From: a virus
Direction: 5' to 3' (one strand)
Virus record (IMG/VR): IMGVR_UViG_3300020420_000873
Location: 6,982 to 70,981 of that record
Length of the DNA: 64,000 bases
This document shows positions 29,036 through 38,296 of the stretch, one piece after another. The notes below the pieces were generated by a model. It searched no databases and was not told the origin of the DNA. It saw only the letters and a list, made by a program, of their open reading frames with translations. Made by a program: the position numbers and the translations under genes. How positions within the stretch are numbered: the first letter of the stretch is position 1; every line of letters begins with the position of its first letter.

Positions 29036-29091
29036 AATAGTATTACCCCAACCTCTATTGTTAAATACGGTAATTTGTAATACTATTTATA
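29036..29091 (-). promoter_or_regulatory. Late box TATAAATA overlapping an RBS-region hairpin
   Basis: 11-bp IR 29036-46/29077-87; TATAAATA at 29084-91; TTGACA further upstream. Confidence 0.55.
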
Positions 29092-29128
29092 ACACAATTT
29101 CCTAAATCTGTCAATATGTTATGTTTTA

Positions 29129-29470
29129 CTAGTTTTTCTTTCGAAAAGCAGAATTAAACATTCGATGAACATTCTCGTGTACTGTGTTTTCTAAAGAACT
29201 CATATCAATGTAAATTTCCATGTTAACTATGTCGTGATAGTTTTCAGCAACCTTTTCCCAGTCAACTTGGCCACGAACTGGTATTGTGTTATAGATGTCA
29301 TCTTTAGTCATTAGGCTTGTTGTGCCATCTTTATGGAATAATTTTATTTTATCAACAAAATGTGCTGGTATTTTTTTTGGATGTATTTCGTGCATGATCC
29401 GATCAAACTCGCTATGATCTTGTGCACCTTGTGATGGTATAAATTTTCTATTTGGATTTTGTTCTGTCAT
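29129..29470 (-). CDS. Hypothetical phage protein
   Basis: 113-aa ORF. Confidence 0.75.
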   Translation of the reverse strand: MTEQNPNRKFIPSQGAQDHSEFDRIMHEIHPKKIPAHFVDKIKLFHKDGTTSLMTKDDIYNTIPVRGQVDWEKVAENYHDIVNMEIYIDMSSLENTVHENVHRMFNSAFRKKN

Positions 29471-29471
29471 A

Positions 29472-29514
29472 AAAAACCTGCCTACGTACTAGTATTTATC
29501 ATAGGCAGGTTTTT
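29472..29514 (-). terminator. Terminator/RBS-sequestering hairpin with a late box in the loop
   Basis: 13-bp IR AAAAACCTGCCTA/TAGGCAGGTTTTT; loop contains GATAAATA. Confidence 0.7.
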
Positions 29515-29520
29515 ATAAAC

Positions 29521-30147
29521 TTATGCAGGTGATTCTGCGGCAGTTTCTTTTTTAGGTCTGCCTCTTGGTCTTTTTGGTTCAGCATAAGCTAATTCTTTTC
29601 CTAGCTTTTTCTGTATACCTGGAGACACTGATTCTGCTTCATGACGCTTTTTTAAAGCATCTGCTTCTAGCATTTCTGCTTGAATTAACAAATTCCTTGC
29701 TATACCATCTTGATCATTTTCATCAGCTGGCTGTGTCATTGCACCTGCCTTAGTTGATGAATCTGGTGTTTGTGGTATTGCTGGATCTTGTTTAGTTTCA
29801 TTCACCATTTGTTGATATGCATTAAATTCTTTCAAAGGTAAAGTATCTGTAGGTGACGGAATTAAAGTCACTGTGTCTACTGGAACTCTTCTTAGAAATC
29901 CTTTTTCATGCAAAGTATTCAATATATTCTTACCGTCCCAAAACAATTTTCTGCCAAGTACTTCATATAGTTTATTAGTTTCTTGACCTTCTGGTGATTC
30001 AACTGCCTGCATTAATCCATCATGATATTTTGGATCTAACGCATCAACATCTACTACCAAGCAATTGTCTTGATCTTCTGGTATTGATGGAAATACAACT
30101 ACGACACGTCTGCCTGTTGAGTCCACTTTCCCTGTATGCTTTATCAT
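29521..30147 (-). CDS. Phage protein with C-terminal AT-hook
   Basis: KRPRGRPKK; AGGAG RBS. Confidence 0.75.
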   Translation of the reverse strand: MIKHTGKVDSTGRRVVVVFPSIPEDQDNCLVVDVDALDPKYHDGLMQAVESPEGQETNKLYEVLGRKLFWDGKNILNTLHEKGFLRRVPVDTVTLIPSPTDTLPLKEFNAYQQMVNETKQDPAIPQTPDSSTKAGAMTQPADENDQDGIARNLLIQAEMLEADALKKRHEAESVSPGIQKKLGKELAYAEPKRPRGRPKKETAAESPA

Positions 30148-30176
30148 TATTATTCTCCTAATTGCAATTATTATTT

Positions 30177-30497
30177 TTATTCAGGTTTTGCCTGAGTTGT
30201 TTGTGCATCGCCAATCTTACCTTCATCTACTGCTCCACTATCAGCATCAGCTTTTTTCTGTGCATCTTGTTGAGCTTTTTGTTGATCTGCGACATGCTGT
30301 AAAAACTTTGTAAGTTTGTCTGCAATACCGCCAACATTAGTAAGTTCATTGGCTCTGAACGCACCTCTTGAACTTGCCACATCAATTACATTTAACAAAG
30401 CCTGTAAATCAGCAATTGACAATTGTGGTGCCTCTGCCGATGGAGCTTGGTTAGGTGCTTCTTGAGTAGCCTGTGTTTGTGCTTGTTCTTCAGCCAT
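30177..30497 (-). CDS. Hypothetical phage protein
   Basis: AAGGAG RBS; core LSIADLQALLNVIDVASSRGAFRANEL. Confidence 0.8.
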   Translation of the reverse strand: MAEEQAQTQATQEAPNQAPSAEAPQLSIADLQALLNVIDVASSRGAFRANELTNVGGIADKLTKFLQHVADQQKAQQDAQKKADADSGAVDEGKIGDAQTTQAKPE

Positions 30498-30563
30498 AAT
30501 TTATTCTCCTTAATTAAGTTCTTTTATTATAGTATACTTTAATATTTATCGTCAACCTCTTTT

Positions 30564-31109
30564 TTAAGCGACTTTAATTAAATTATCATCCCATTTCAAA
30601 TAGGATTTCCAACTATGGTGAGGAATCATCAAAGGAAATTGTGATCTTTTACTGGCCAATTCCCAATAGTCTGGTTTGTACGGCATTTGTTTTGGCCTGA
30701 TATCTCTACTACCTTTTTCAACATTACAAGTGGTACATGAAGTTACAATGTTTTCCCAATGTGCATGACCTCCTGCAGATCTTGGAATAACATGGTCAAG
30801 TGTGAGATCTTTCCAGTTTGAATCATTGTATTCACAACCACAATATTGACATGTGAACAAATCTCTTAGATAAACATTGTTTCTAGAAAATCTCGGATGC
30901 CTTGCCAAATTTAAATATTGTTTTGATATCAACACACTCGGAACGTGCATTTCTGTGGAAGGGCTGTGGATAATCCAATCGTCATAGTATTCTAATACTT
31001 TGAACTTATCAAGCCAAATTAATTTAATTGAAAGATGCCAATTGACCGCACTAATGGGCAATAAACTTAACGGAGACCCGTCTGCATTTAGAATTAATGT
31101 ATCACTCAT
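30564..31109 (-). CDS. HNH endonuclease (McrA-like)
   Basis: RD.FTCQYCG, TLDHVIPRS.GG, WENIV.SC..CN..K. Confidence 0.9.
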   Translation of the reverse strand: MSDTLILNADGSPLSLLPISAVNWHLSIKLIWLDKFKVLEYYDDWIIHSPSTEMHVPSVLISKQYLNLARHPRFSRNNVYLRDLFTCQYCGCEYNDSNWKDLTLDHVIPRSAGGHAHWENIVTSCTTCNVEKGSRDIRPKQMPYKPDYWELASKRSQFPLMIPHHSWKSYLKWDDNLIKVA

Positions 31110-31193
31110 TGTCTTAATCGCTTATATTTAGCTTTATTAACATTATATATAAAGCACCATGTTATAGACCATCTTCCATGGTTAAATAATAGT

Positions 31194-31691
31194 ATGGCAC
31201 GTTTATTTTTTATATTTGTATTTTTATTTACATTTTTAAATACTGCAAGTGCAAACCAGCCAGGTTCTAGCACTGATGCAAAATATCAATTTCTAGCTGA
31301 AGACTTTAGAACATATTCAGTATGTCAATCTATTCATCAAAACCTTTCAATGTTTATTGCTATTAACTATGGTGTTGGTGCAAACTTAAATTTTCCTCCT
31401 GAATGGCTAGAACAACAACGTGGACTTATACAAAACATTATTTCACAAGAAAGACAATTTGGTGAAAAATTAGAAGTAGTAATTAATAAACTTCACGAAG
31501 AATATGGTTTTCCTATACAAGGATTAAACGAACAAAAAAGATTAAATCAATCAAACACTACTCAAGGAATTATTTTTTCAATCTCTTCATCTATAGGTGA
31601 TCCAGATAAAGCGGCAATCATTATTAAAAATATGCTTATGGAATCACAAACATGTAGAGCTTACGAATCTAAGTTTAATTACGAGGATTAG
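31194..31691 (+). CDS. Secreted/periplasmic hypothetical protein
   Basis: Signal peptide ending ASA; two Cys. Confidence 0.7.
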   Translation: MARLFFIFVFLFTFLNTASANQPGSSTDAKYQFLAEDFRTYSVCQSIHQNLSMFIAINYGVGANLNFPPEWLEQQRGLIQNIISQERQFGEKLEVVINKLHEEYGFPIQGLNEQKRLNQSNTTQGIIFSISSSIGDPDKAAIIIKNMLMESQTCRAYESKFNYED

Positions 31692-31693
31692 AA

Positions 31694-31909
31694 ATGAAAA
31701 ACATATTCACTGAACACCCTCACAGTGTTGATGAAAATTATTTTACTCATATGCGTCATTCATTATCGTATAGTGTAAAATTTATTTGGTTGGCTTTCAT
31801 GACTTTGGTACATGCATTTTTTCCTTTTCTTTTTACTAATTCAAGTAGCAAGTTGGTTAAAAAGATTAATGATCATTTAGATGATCGCTTAACCAAAAGC
31901 AACCAGTAA
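31694..31909 (+). CDS. DUF6356-like small protein
   Basis: FTEHP.SV.E.YF.H..LVHAFFPFLF. Confidence 0.65.
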   Translation: MKNIFTEHPHSVDENYFTHMRHSLSYSVKFIWLAFMTLVHAFFPFLFTNSSSKLVKKINDHLDDRLTKSNQ

Positions 31910-32016
31910 AGATAGGAAAACAAAAAGACTCAATCCAGTAAGTAAGATAATTTTTACCGTTCCTTTAAGACCAAAAGCCCAAAGAAACAATACAAGAATA
32001 AGTAAGAACCAAAACA

Positions 32017-33246
32017 TTAGATGTTCTCATAATGAGTTGTTACACCAAATGGTGCTTCAAGTTCTTTATCATGATTTGAATGTATTACCCAAAGTGTATC
32101 ACAATAATTTTCATCACCCCAAGAACCCCAAGGATAACCATCTGTGAACACAATCAACTTCTTAGGTTGTACACCATTTTCTTTCATCCAAGTCCAATTG
32201 GCTTCAAATTCTGTACCACCAAAGCCACCTGGTTGATAATCTGTGATATCTTTGTCTGGCGTAAATATTTCCGGATTGTGTACTTCTGTATCAAAACTCC
32301 ATACATGAACTTTGTAATCTTGAAACGAATCCATAATACCTTTCACTTCACCTAAGAATATTTTTAGTTGTTTGTCACTGATTGATCCTGACGTATCAAT
32401 TGCAACACACACATCAACTGCTGGTTCAGGTTGTAGTCCAGGCAATATAGCATCTACTGACCAACCTTTTCTTGAAGGTCTCATAAATGAATAGTCTGAT
32501 TTTACAACTGACGTTATATGTTGATCTAACAACGAACGCCAATCCATTTTAGGCTCAGTCATATTTTTAATCAAACGTTCAACACCTTTAGGTATGTTAC
32601 CTGCGCCTGCCGCCTGTGCCGCCTGTAGTACTGCATTTTTAATTTCGTCTTTTAACTTATCTTTTTCTGCTTTAGACATAGCAGGTTGTTTGCCATCTTT
32701 GCCTTTTCCGTCTTTGCCATTACCATCTTTATCTTTGTCACCTGGTTTTCCTTCACCATCTAAATGCATATCAAGAGTTAATTTAATTTCAACTTGATTT
32801 TTCTTAAGTTCAGAATAAATTTCATCTGAGTTTTTATCATAATATTTAGGATCATGTAAACCTTCTTTAGGCATTTTACCCAATCCTTCACGTACCAATT
32901 GACCATTAATAACATAGTCAGTTGCCATGTTCCAAATCTGTGGCTGTCTACCTTCTCTACGTTCCATGTGATCATATACGCAATGCATCACTTCATGACC
33001 AATAAGAAAGTCTAGCTCATCTGATGTCAAAGGAGTAATAAATTCTCTGTTGTAAAATAAATGCATACCATCGGTTGCCGCGGTTGGACACCAATCGTCA
33101 GCATTTTTAAGTTTTAATCTTGTTGCAAGATTGCCAAAAAACGGATGTTTCAATAAAAGACGTACTCTACTTTGTACAATTCTTTCACGAATTTCGTGAT
33201 CTTCTTGTATGTTTATCTTTTTCTTTAGTGCAGTTTTCTTTGCCAT
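32017..33246 (-). CDS. Metallopeptidase-like/vWA protein (DUF2201 type), MoxR partner
   Basis: HPFFG, TAATDG, HEVMH, MIDAS DTSGS, GGT, FTDG. Confidence 0.9.
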   Translation of the reverse strand: MAKKTALKKKINIQEDHEIRERIVQSRVRLLLKHPFFGNLATRLKLKNADDWCPTAATDGMHLFYNREFITPLTSDELDFLIGHEVMHCVYDHMERREGRQPQIWNMATDYVINGQLVREGLGKMPKEGLHDPKYYDKNSDEIYSELKKNQVEIKLTLDMHLDGEGKPGDKDKDGNGKDGKGKDGKQPAMSKAEKDKLKDEIKNAVLQAAQAAGAGNIPKGVERLIKNMTEPKMDWRSLLDQHITSVVKSDYSFMRPSRKGWSVDAILPGLQPEPAVDVCVAIDTSGSISDKQLKIFLGEVKGIMDSFQDYKVHVWSFDTEVHNPEIFTPDKDITDYQPGGFGGTEFEANWTWMKENGVQPKKLIVFTDGYPWGSWGDENYCDTLWVIHSNHDKELEAPFGVTTHYENI

Positions 33247-33269
33247 TTTGTTTCTCTCTGTTTATATTA

Positions 33270-33302
33270 TATATAATAGCATCATATAGGTATCTGTCAA
33301 CC
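33270..33302 (-). repeat. 33-bp promoter, copy 1
   Basis: GGTTGACAGATACCTATATGATGCTATTATATA, identical to 37489-37521. Confidence 0.85.
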
Positions 33303-33342
33303 TCTTTTTGGCCAGAAAAAAGTCAATAATATCAACAATTTA

Positions 33343-33660
33343 TTACACGCCACCATAGTAATAACTGATTAATCCTGATAAAAATATAAATGTAGCCACA
33401 CTATTAATGAAGATTAATGCTCTATCGTGCCATAAAAAGCCAACAATTCCCCAACCTATCACTCCAGTTAAGTGAAACCATAGATTAAATGGCTGTACAT
33501 CAGCTGACGTGAATGCCATTCCTATTAAAATAATAAAACTTGATGCCCATTTGATGTACCAAGACAGATCGTATTTAGGTGTCACTTTTTTAAATACCCT
33601 TGATGAATTTAACTTTTTTATTTTATCGTTAAGTTTTTCGTTAATTGGTTCTATTGTCAT
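33343..33660 (-). CDS. DUF6552-like membrane protein
   Basis: WYIKW.SS..PFNL..GW..VG.LWHDRALI..N. Confidence 0.65.
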   Translation of the reverse strand: MTIEPINEKLNDKIKKLNSSRVFKKVTPKYDLSWYIKWASSFIILIGMAFTSADVQPFNLWFHLTGVIGWGIVGFLWHDRALIFINSVATFIFLSGLISYYYGGV

Positions 33661-33841
33661 ACTCTTTTTTTGTTATCATTTCTAATTCTACTGCATCTAC
33701 TTTAGCATATTTGTATAAAAAGTCAACCGATTCCATTAAGCTGGCATAAGTTTTCTCCCACCAATAAACTGATGAAGACAACTCTCCTCTTGTCACGGTT
33801 ACTTTGTAATACACGTCACTCACGATGCTATTTTCTCCCAT
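33641..33841 (-). CDS. Hypothetical protein
   Basis: Small ORF in operon; start uncertain. Confidence 0.55.
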   Translation of the reverse strand: MGENSIVSDVYYKVTVTRGELSSSVYWWEKTYASLMESVDFLYKYAKVDAVELEMITKKEYDNRTN

Positions 33842-34050
33842 GCTAAAAATCCTTTAACAATATCTTTGTCTTTAGCTTTTTTAAATGCAAAATAACTTCC
33901 GCCTGCTATGTAATACCAACCTGTGGCATTTCTCCTAACTGTTACTGCAAGTTCTTTCTCTACTTGTTTATCAAGTATAGGAAGATCAATCACATAGTAT
34001 TCACCTTTGTAATTCATGAATTCTTTTCTTGTTAGTTTCCTAGACTTCAT
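33820..34050 (-). CDS. Hypothetical protein
   Basis: Overlap-coupled ORF. Confidence 0.6.
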   Translation of the reverse strand: MKSRKLTRKEFMNYKGEYYVIDLPILDKQVEKELAVTVRRNATGWYYIAGGSYFAFKKAKDKDIVKGFLAWEKIAS

Positions 34051-34420
34051 TGATTGCTTTCTCTATTTTTTTATAATAGTCATCAAACGTTTCTGCTTCT
34101 TCTCTGGTCAGGTATGCTACAGAACCAAAACAAGGATAGCCATTTACACCACTTGGAAACCGATCTTTCATATTTGCATAAAACATACAAGGCTTGTCTT
34201 GATGCATTCCTTGACCCATATCAGGTGACATCAGCATCAATGGCATGAACACACTTGGTATATCGTTGGGATCATGTATTTGAAAACTAGTAAACACTTC
34301 TCCACGATATACTTGTTGTGCCAACTCTTTTAAAAACTCCTTTGACTTTGAAGGACGTTTCTTACGACTTTTTTTATTAACTTTATATTCTTTTATATCT
34401 TCTTTTTTTATTTCAAGCAT
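34040..34420 (-). CDS. Hypothetical protein
   Basis: Likely start MLEIK; VFMPL..NGYPCF.S. Confidence 0.65.
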   Translation of the reverse strand: MLEIKKEDIKEYKVNKKSRKKRPSKSKEFLKELAQQVYRGEVFTSFQIHDPNDIPSVFMPLMLMSPDMGQGMHQDKPCMFYANMKDRFPSGVNGYPCFGSVAYLTREEAETFDDYYKKIEKAINEV

Positions 34421-35435
34421 ATTCTTTCTTATTTTTGTAGACACCTTTTAAGGCACAACTTTTGATACATCTAGGTAAATGATTATCGTGAGATGCATAC
34501 CATCTTTCTTTTAAAGATGTATAAAAACTATTTTGTAATATTTCACTAATAGTATTTTTTGTAAGATCATTAAAATCTTTATCATCAGACATTACCACGT
34601 CGTTATATGATTTTTTAGATTGATCATACAAATAGCAACAAGGCCACATTGTCATATCAGCACCAATGTAAACTTCTGGTTCATTATAGTGTTGACATGT
34701 GATTGTTTTTACAATGTCATTTATTGTCTTTACACTTTTTTCTTTTATTACTTTCTGTAACTTTGTCAAGTCATTGTGTGGTAATTTCTTTGACGCAGTT
34801 AATTTTACTTCGGTATCCATTTTTTTAGTTTTATGAACTTTTTTTGCAAGAACATTACGACCACTTGTTCTTTTAATAAATCTAAAACCAAGTTCGTTTG
34901 ATAGTTGTTTTGCCTTTTCGTATTCATGTTCATTGTGAGCAAATGGAATAAACACCCATGCACCTTTTCCTCCTGCTTGAGAAAATGCTTTCATGTTCCT
35001 TAAAAGAATATCCCATTTAACATTTACTCGATAAATGTGATTAGTTTCTTCAAATCCGTCTACACTGAAGTCAACTTTTAAATTTTTAACTTTGGCAAGT
35101 TTGCTCCACCACTCTGGTGTATTGTAACCACCGTTGGTACTAATGATTACATTACCACCTTTATTGCCCAACCATTCACATATTTCTAAACATTGTGAAT
35201 GGACTATTGGATCTCCTAATACTCCACATAATTTAAATTCTTTACCTTTTACTGATTCTTCAGTTTTAAAAAGATTCATAATATTTTCTAATGATATTTC
35301 TGAATTCCCTCTCAATGGCATACCCATTTCTGTTCTGGCACATAAAGGACATTGTGCGTTACAATTGGCACTGATTTCTAATTCATATTTTTTTATGTCA
35401 GCTTCAATCATCTTTGTCCTTGTCATATCCATCAC
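34413..35435 (-). CDS. Radical SAM protein, C-terminal twitch (paralog of 5104..6153)
   Basis: CNAQCPLC, GDP, TNGG, NHIYRVNV.WD, WPCC, RCIKSC. Confidence 0.9.
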   Translation of the reverse strand: MMDMTRTKMIEADIKKYELEISANCNAQCPLCARTEMGMPLRGNSEISLENIMNLFKTEESVKGKEFKLCGVLGDPIVHSQCLEICEWLGNKGGNVIISTNGGYNTPEWWSKLAKVKNLKVDFSVDGFEETNHIYRVNVKWDILLRNMKAFSQAGGKGAWVFIPFAHNEHEYEKAKQLSNELGFRFIKRTSGRNVLAKKVHKTKKMDTEVKLTASKKLPHNDLTKLQKVIKEKSVKTINDIVKTITCQHYNEPEVYIGADMTMWPCCYLYDQSKKSYNDVVMSDDKDFNDLTKNTISEILQNSFYTSLKERWYASHDNHLPRCIKSCALKGVYKNKKEYA

Positions 35436-35688
35436 TCATTGATTCATTAATATCATTTAAGTATCCAGCGAAACAATTTGGTGGATTAGTGTACTCAGGT
35501 GAAAGAGTAGGATCATATACAAATTTTGTGTAACAATAAGTGCAATGTTTGTGATCATCATCTCCCATAGTATAATAAGTGTGTGGATGATCGTTAGGTG
35601 GTTCACAGCCAATGCAAATAAAACCTTTGGTACCAATCTTTATTTCAGATACTCCAATGTCATTTTTATAAAAATATTTTCCTGCCAT
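35404..35688 (-). CDS. zf-CHCC zinc-finger protein
   Basis: C.G..PP.DHPH.Y..C.YC...F.Y. Confidence 0.75.
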   Translation of the reverse strand: MAGKYFYKNDIGVSEIKIGTKGFICIGCEPPNDHPHTYYTMGDDDHKHCTYCYTKFVYDPTLSPEYTNPPNCFAGYLNDINESMSDGYDKDKDD

Positions 35689-35870
35689 TAATGAACTGTT
35701 TTGCTACCTTTAAGTAAACCCATCTCACTCATATTTTCATATAGTTTATTTTTTGTAGATTTCCAAAAATTAAGAGACCAATCATCGCAAGAATTTTCAA
35801 TAGCGATATCACAATTTTTTAATAATCTATTATACATTCTTTGTAGATCTTCTTTTGTTGCTATTATCAT
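35688..35870 (-). CDS. Hypothetical protein
   Basis: TAATG-coupled on both sides. Confidence 0.65.
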   Translation of the reverse strand: MIIATKEDLQRMYNRLLKNCDIAIENSCDDWSLNFWKSTKNKLYENMSEMGLLKGSKTVH

Positions 35871-36283
35871 TATTTTTTCTCCTGGTTTGATTCTATTCCA
35901 TATTTTGCAAGTAGCATACTAAAATACTTTTCTGTTTTTCTTATAGCCTGTGCAAGTTTAGGACTGATGTCTGTACTGAACAATTCAGTGTATTCCCATA
36001 TACCTTTTTCATTGTGAGGTTTAAAATAACCATTTACTGCTTGGTCATGTAGCTCTTGTGTATATGATTGAATCTTATACAATTCGTTATTGTGTATGTA
36101 ATTAAAAATACATCCATTGCATTCGACATATTTTTCGTACCATCTTGATTCAGCAAGATTTGGTTTTTCTAGTTTAGTTATTTCTCTATCTTCATTAAAA
36201 TATAAAAAATGAGATACGTTATCCCACTTTGTGTCAGGATGTTTTAAACTTTTTAATTTAAAAATGAATATTTTGTTTTGCAT
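35870..36283 (-). CDS. Hypothetical protein
   Basis: 137-aa ORF; GATAAGTA 5 nt upstream. Confidence 0.6.
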   Translation of the reverse strand: MQNKIFIFKLKSLKHPDTKWDNVSHFLYFNEDREITKLEKPNLAESRWYEKYVECNGCIFNYIHNNELYKIQSYTQELHDQAVNGYFKPHNEKGIWEYTELFSTDISPKLAQAIRKTEKYFSMLLAKYGIESNQEKK

Positions 36284-36305
36284 ACTATTACTTATCTTAT
36301 AGGGC

Positions 36306-36355
36306 GGGGAACTGATCTACGTTTTAAGAGCAGAGAGAGGCAGATCTAGTTCCCC
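36306..36355 (-). ncRNA. GC-rich stem-loop downstream of moxR with CUCUCUCUG in the loop
   Basis: 15-bp stem with one bulge and one GU pair, 19-nt loop, no U-tract. Confidence 0.5.
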
Positions 36356-36365
36356 TAACGGCATT

Positions 36366-37457
36366 CTAAACGTCTACGATTAGTTTGCCGTATCTCTTAT
36401 AAAACTCCTTAAAGCTCTTAAGCTCTTTAGGGGAAAACGGTAGTTGATGATTTTTTAGTGCTATTCTGGCACCTAATACTACCATTTCAGTTTCAAAATT
36501 GTCCATCATGTATTGCAAGAAACAATCTGCCATTGAATGCCAAGGAGCCATTTTCTTATTCTTCTGCGCCTTTTCACATTCGTCTTTAAGTTCATAACAC
36601 AATGAAGTAATCAACGAGTACATAGCACTCACTTCATTTGTGTCAAGTTTCTTAACCTTACCACTCAAAATATCACTTGGGTTTGGTAATTTACCAGCAA
36701 CCTCTCTATGTGCATTAAATTTAACTGCAAGGCCTTCGCCTACTGCACCTGTGATAATATCTGTAAGTTGTGAACCTTGTAAACCACTTGACTCTAACAT
36801 GTCACTTACAAATGACCAAGATCTTGGAGTAGCAAATGCTCTAGAAGAACTTCTTGGATCAAAGTCATACAAGTCATTTTTAGCAAATGTTAAGTAACCA
36901 ACTACATCTGGATGGATGCCATTGTTAGTTGCCCAATTTTGCCAGTCTTCAAAGTTAACTGCCATTTCAATATGCAACATTCTGTTAGCAAGTGGTGAAG
37001 GCATTCTATAAGTAACACCTCTATCACTTTCTCTGTTACCAGCCGCCACAATTGACACACCAGCTGGCAATTTATAAGTACCAATCCTTCTATTAAGAAT
37101 TAGCTGATAAGCCGCCGCCTGTACACTCTGTGGTGCCGCATTAATTTCATCCAAGAATAAGATGTCCGTTGCTTTCGGATCACTTGGAAGATCAACTGGT
37201 GGTGCCCAATCCATTTTGTTTTCTTTAGAATTAAAGTATGGAATACCACGCAAGTCTGTTGGTTCTAAAAGAAGCAATCTCAAATCAATGACATTTCTTT
37301 TGCTGTCTTTACCAATTTGTTCAATAATTTCTGATTTACCTATTCCTGGAGGACCCCATATCATCACAGGACGTTGTGCGTTAATACAAGCAATAATCTC
37401 AGCTTTTACGTCTGCTGGTCTTACTGTTCTGCTGTCTGTTGTAGTTGTTTTTACCAT
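36366..37457 (-). CDS. MoxR-like AAA+ ATPase
   Basis: GPPGIGKS, LFLDEIN, AAGNR, PLANR, TPRSW. Confidence 0.92.
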   Translation of the reverse strand: MVKTTTTDSRTVRPADVKAEIIACINAQRPVMIWGPPGIGKSEIIEQIGKDSKRNVIDLRLLLLEPTDLRGIPYFNSKENKMDWAPPVDLPSDPKATDILFLDEINAAPQSVQAAAYQLILNRRIGTYKLPAGVSIVAAGNRESDRGVTYRMPSPLANRMLHIEMAVNFEDWQNWATNNGIHPDVVGYLTFAKNDLYDFDPRSSSRAFATPRSWSFVSDMLESSGLQGSQLTDIITGAVGEGLAVKFNAHREVAGKLPNPSDILSGKVKKLDTNEVSAMYSLITSLCYELKDECEKAQKNKKMAPWHSMADCFLQYMMDNFETEMVVLGARIALKNHQLPFSPKELKSFKEFYKRYGKLIVDV

Positions 37458-37488
37458 TTTATCTCTCTCTGTTTAAATGTTTATTAAG

Positions 37489-37521
37489 TATATAATAGCA
37501 TCATATAGGTATCTGTCAACC
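37489..37521 (-). repeat. 33-bp promoter, copy 2
   Basis: Identical to 33270-33302; TTGACA-N16-TATTAT with extended TG. Confidence 0.85.
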
Positions 37522-37587
37522 AGAAAAATGCATTTTGTTGGTTAAAAAAAGCCAATAAAATCAATGGTTTAAAAGAAAGTTAAAAAA

Positions 37588-37971
37588 TTAATCAAAATTT
37601 GGTGAATAATCTTGGTTATTTACTGTGCAATTTCTTGACCAAAGTTCAACATCACCATCGATTAGTTTAAGATCTACGGCATCTTTTTCGTTGAAAACTA
37701 CAATCTTCTTATTATCAATGTAGTATGGAAGAAGCATTTCTTTTTCAAGATTATGTATGTGAATTGTCTTCACACTAAATGGTTGTTTAATTTTGATTAC
37801 ATATGAAGGAAAATGTTCTTCTAAAATTTGTATGCCTATTTTTGTTAGCCGTAAGGAATTATCACTTAATCTGCTCACAAACATATTAAGTATTTGTGCT
37901 TCGGTTATGCCTTTAGATTTGACATAATCGATCACAATTTTTTTATTATGGTTGATTAATTGGTGTGACAT
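37588..37971 (-). CDS. Hypothetical phage protein
   Basis: 127-aa ORF, SLRLTK.G..PYYI. Confidence 0.7.
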   Translation of the reverse strand: MSHQLINHNKKIVIDYVKSKGITEAQILNMFVSRLSDNSLRLTKIGIQILEEHFPSYVIKIKQPFSVKTIHIHNLEKEMLLPYYIDNKKIVVFNEKDAVDLKLIDGDVELWSRNCTVNNQDYSPNFD

Positions 37972-38251
37972 TCAACTTCTTTCCAGCTGTTAAAACATGC
38001 ACTGAAAAGTCGTTACATTTGAACAGTGCATTCAATTTTTCTGCTAAATTAATTGCGTGTCCTGAATTTGAAAATGATACTTTCTTATATTTTGGTCCTG
38101 GATAATTCACAAGTGTGTTCAAAGACCTAAGGTTCACTGGAGCATCTTTATAGAAAACCGCATAGATGGCTTCTGCCTTAAGAACTTGCTCACTCTTATA
38201 GTTCTTAGGATTTGTAAATTCTAGTAATATTTCCGGTTTTGGTCTACTCAT
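37946..38251 (-). CDS. Hypothetical phage protein
   Basis: MSRPKP.ILLE..PKYKKVSFSN.GHA.NLA; GGAG RBS and GATAAATA. Confidence 0.75.
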   Translation of the reverse strand: MSRPKPEILLEFTNPKNYKSEQVLKAEAIYAVFYKDAPVNLRSLNTLVNYPGPKYKKVSFSNSGHAINLAEKLNALFKCNDFSVHVLTAGKKLNVTPINQP

Positions 38252-38296
38252 TTTTGCTCCATTATATACATATATTTATCCTTGTATGTAAGAAAA

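Noticed and set aside
29036-29128. Cobalamin riboswitch upstream of the BtuB-like operon
   Set aside because: The intergenic region is only 93 nt, AT-rich and occupied by promoter elements; no B12-box is visible.
30564-31109. HNH gene as an intron-encoded homing element
   Set aside because: Free-standing; flanking genes look intact and no intron structure was seen.
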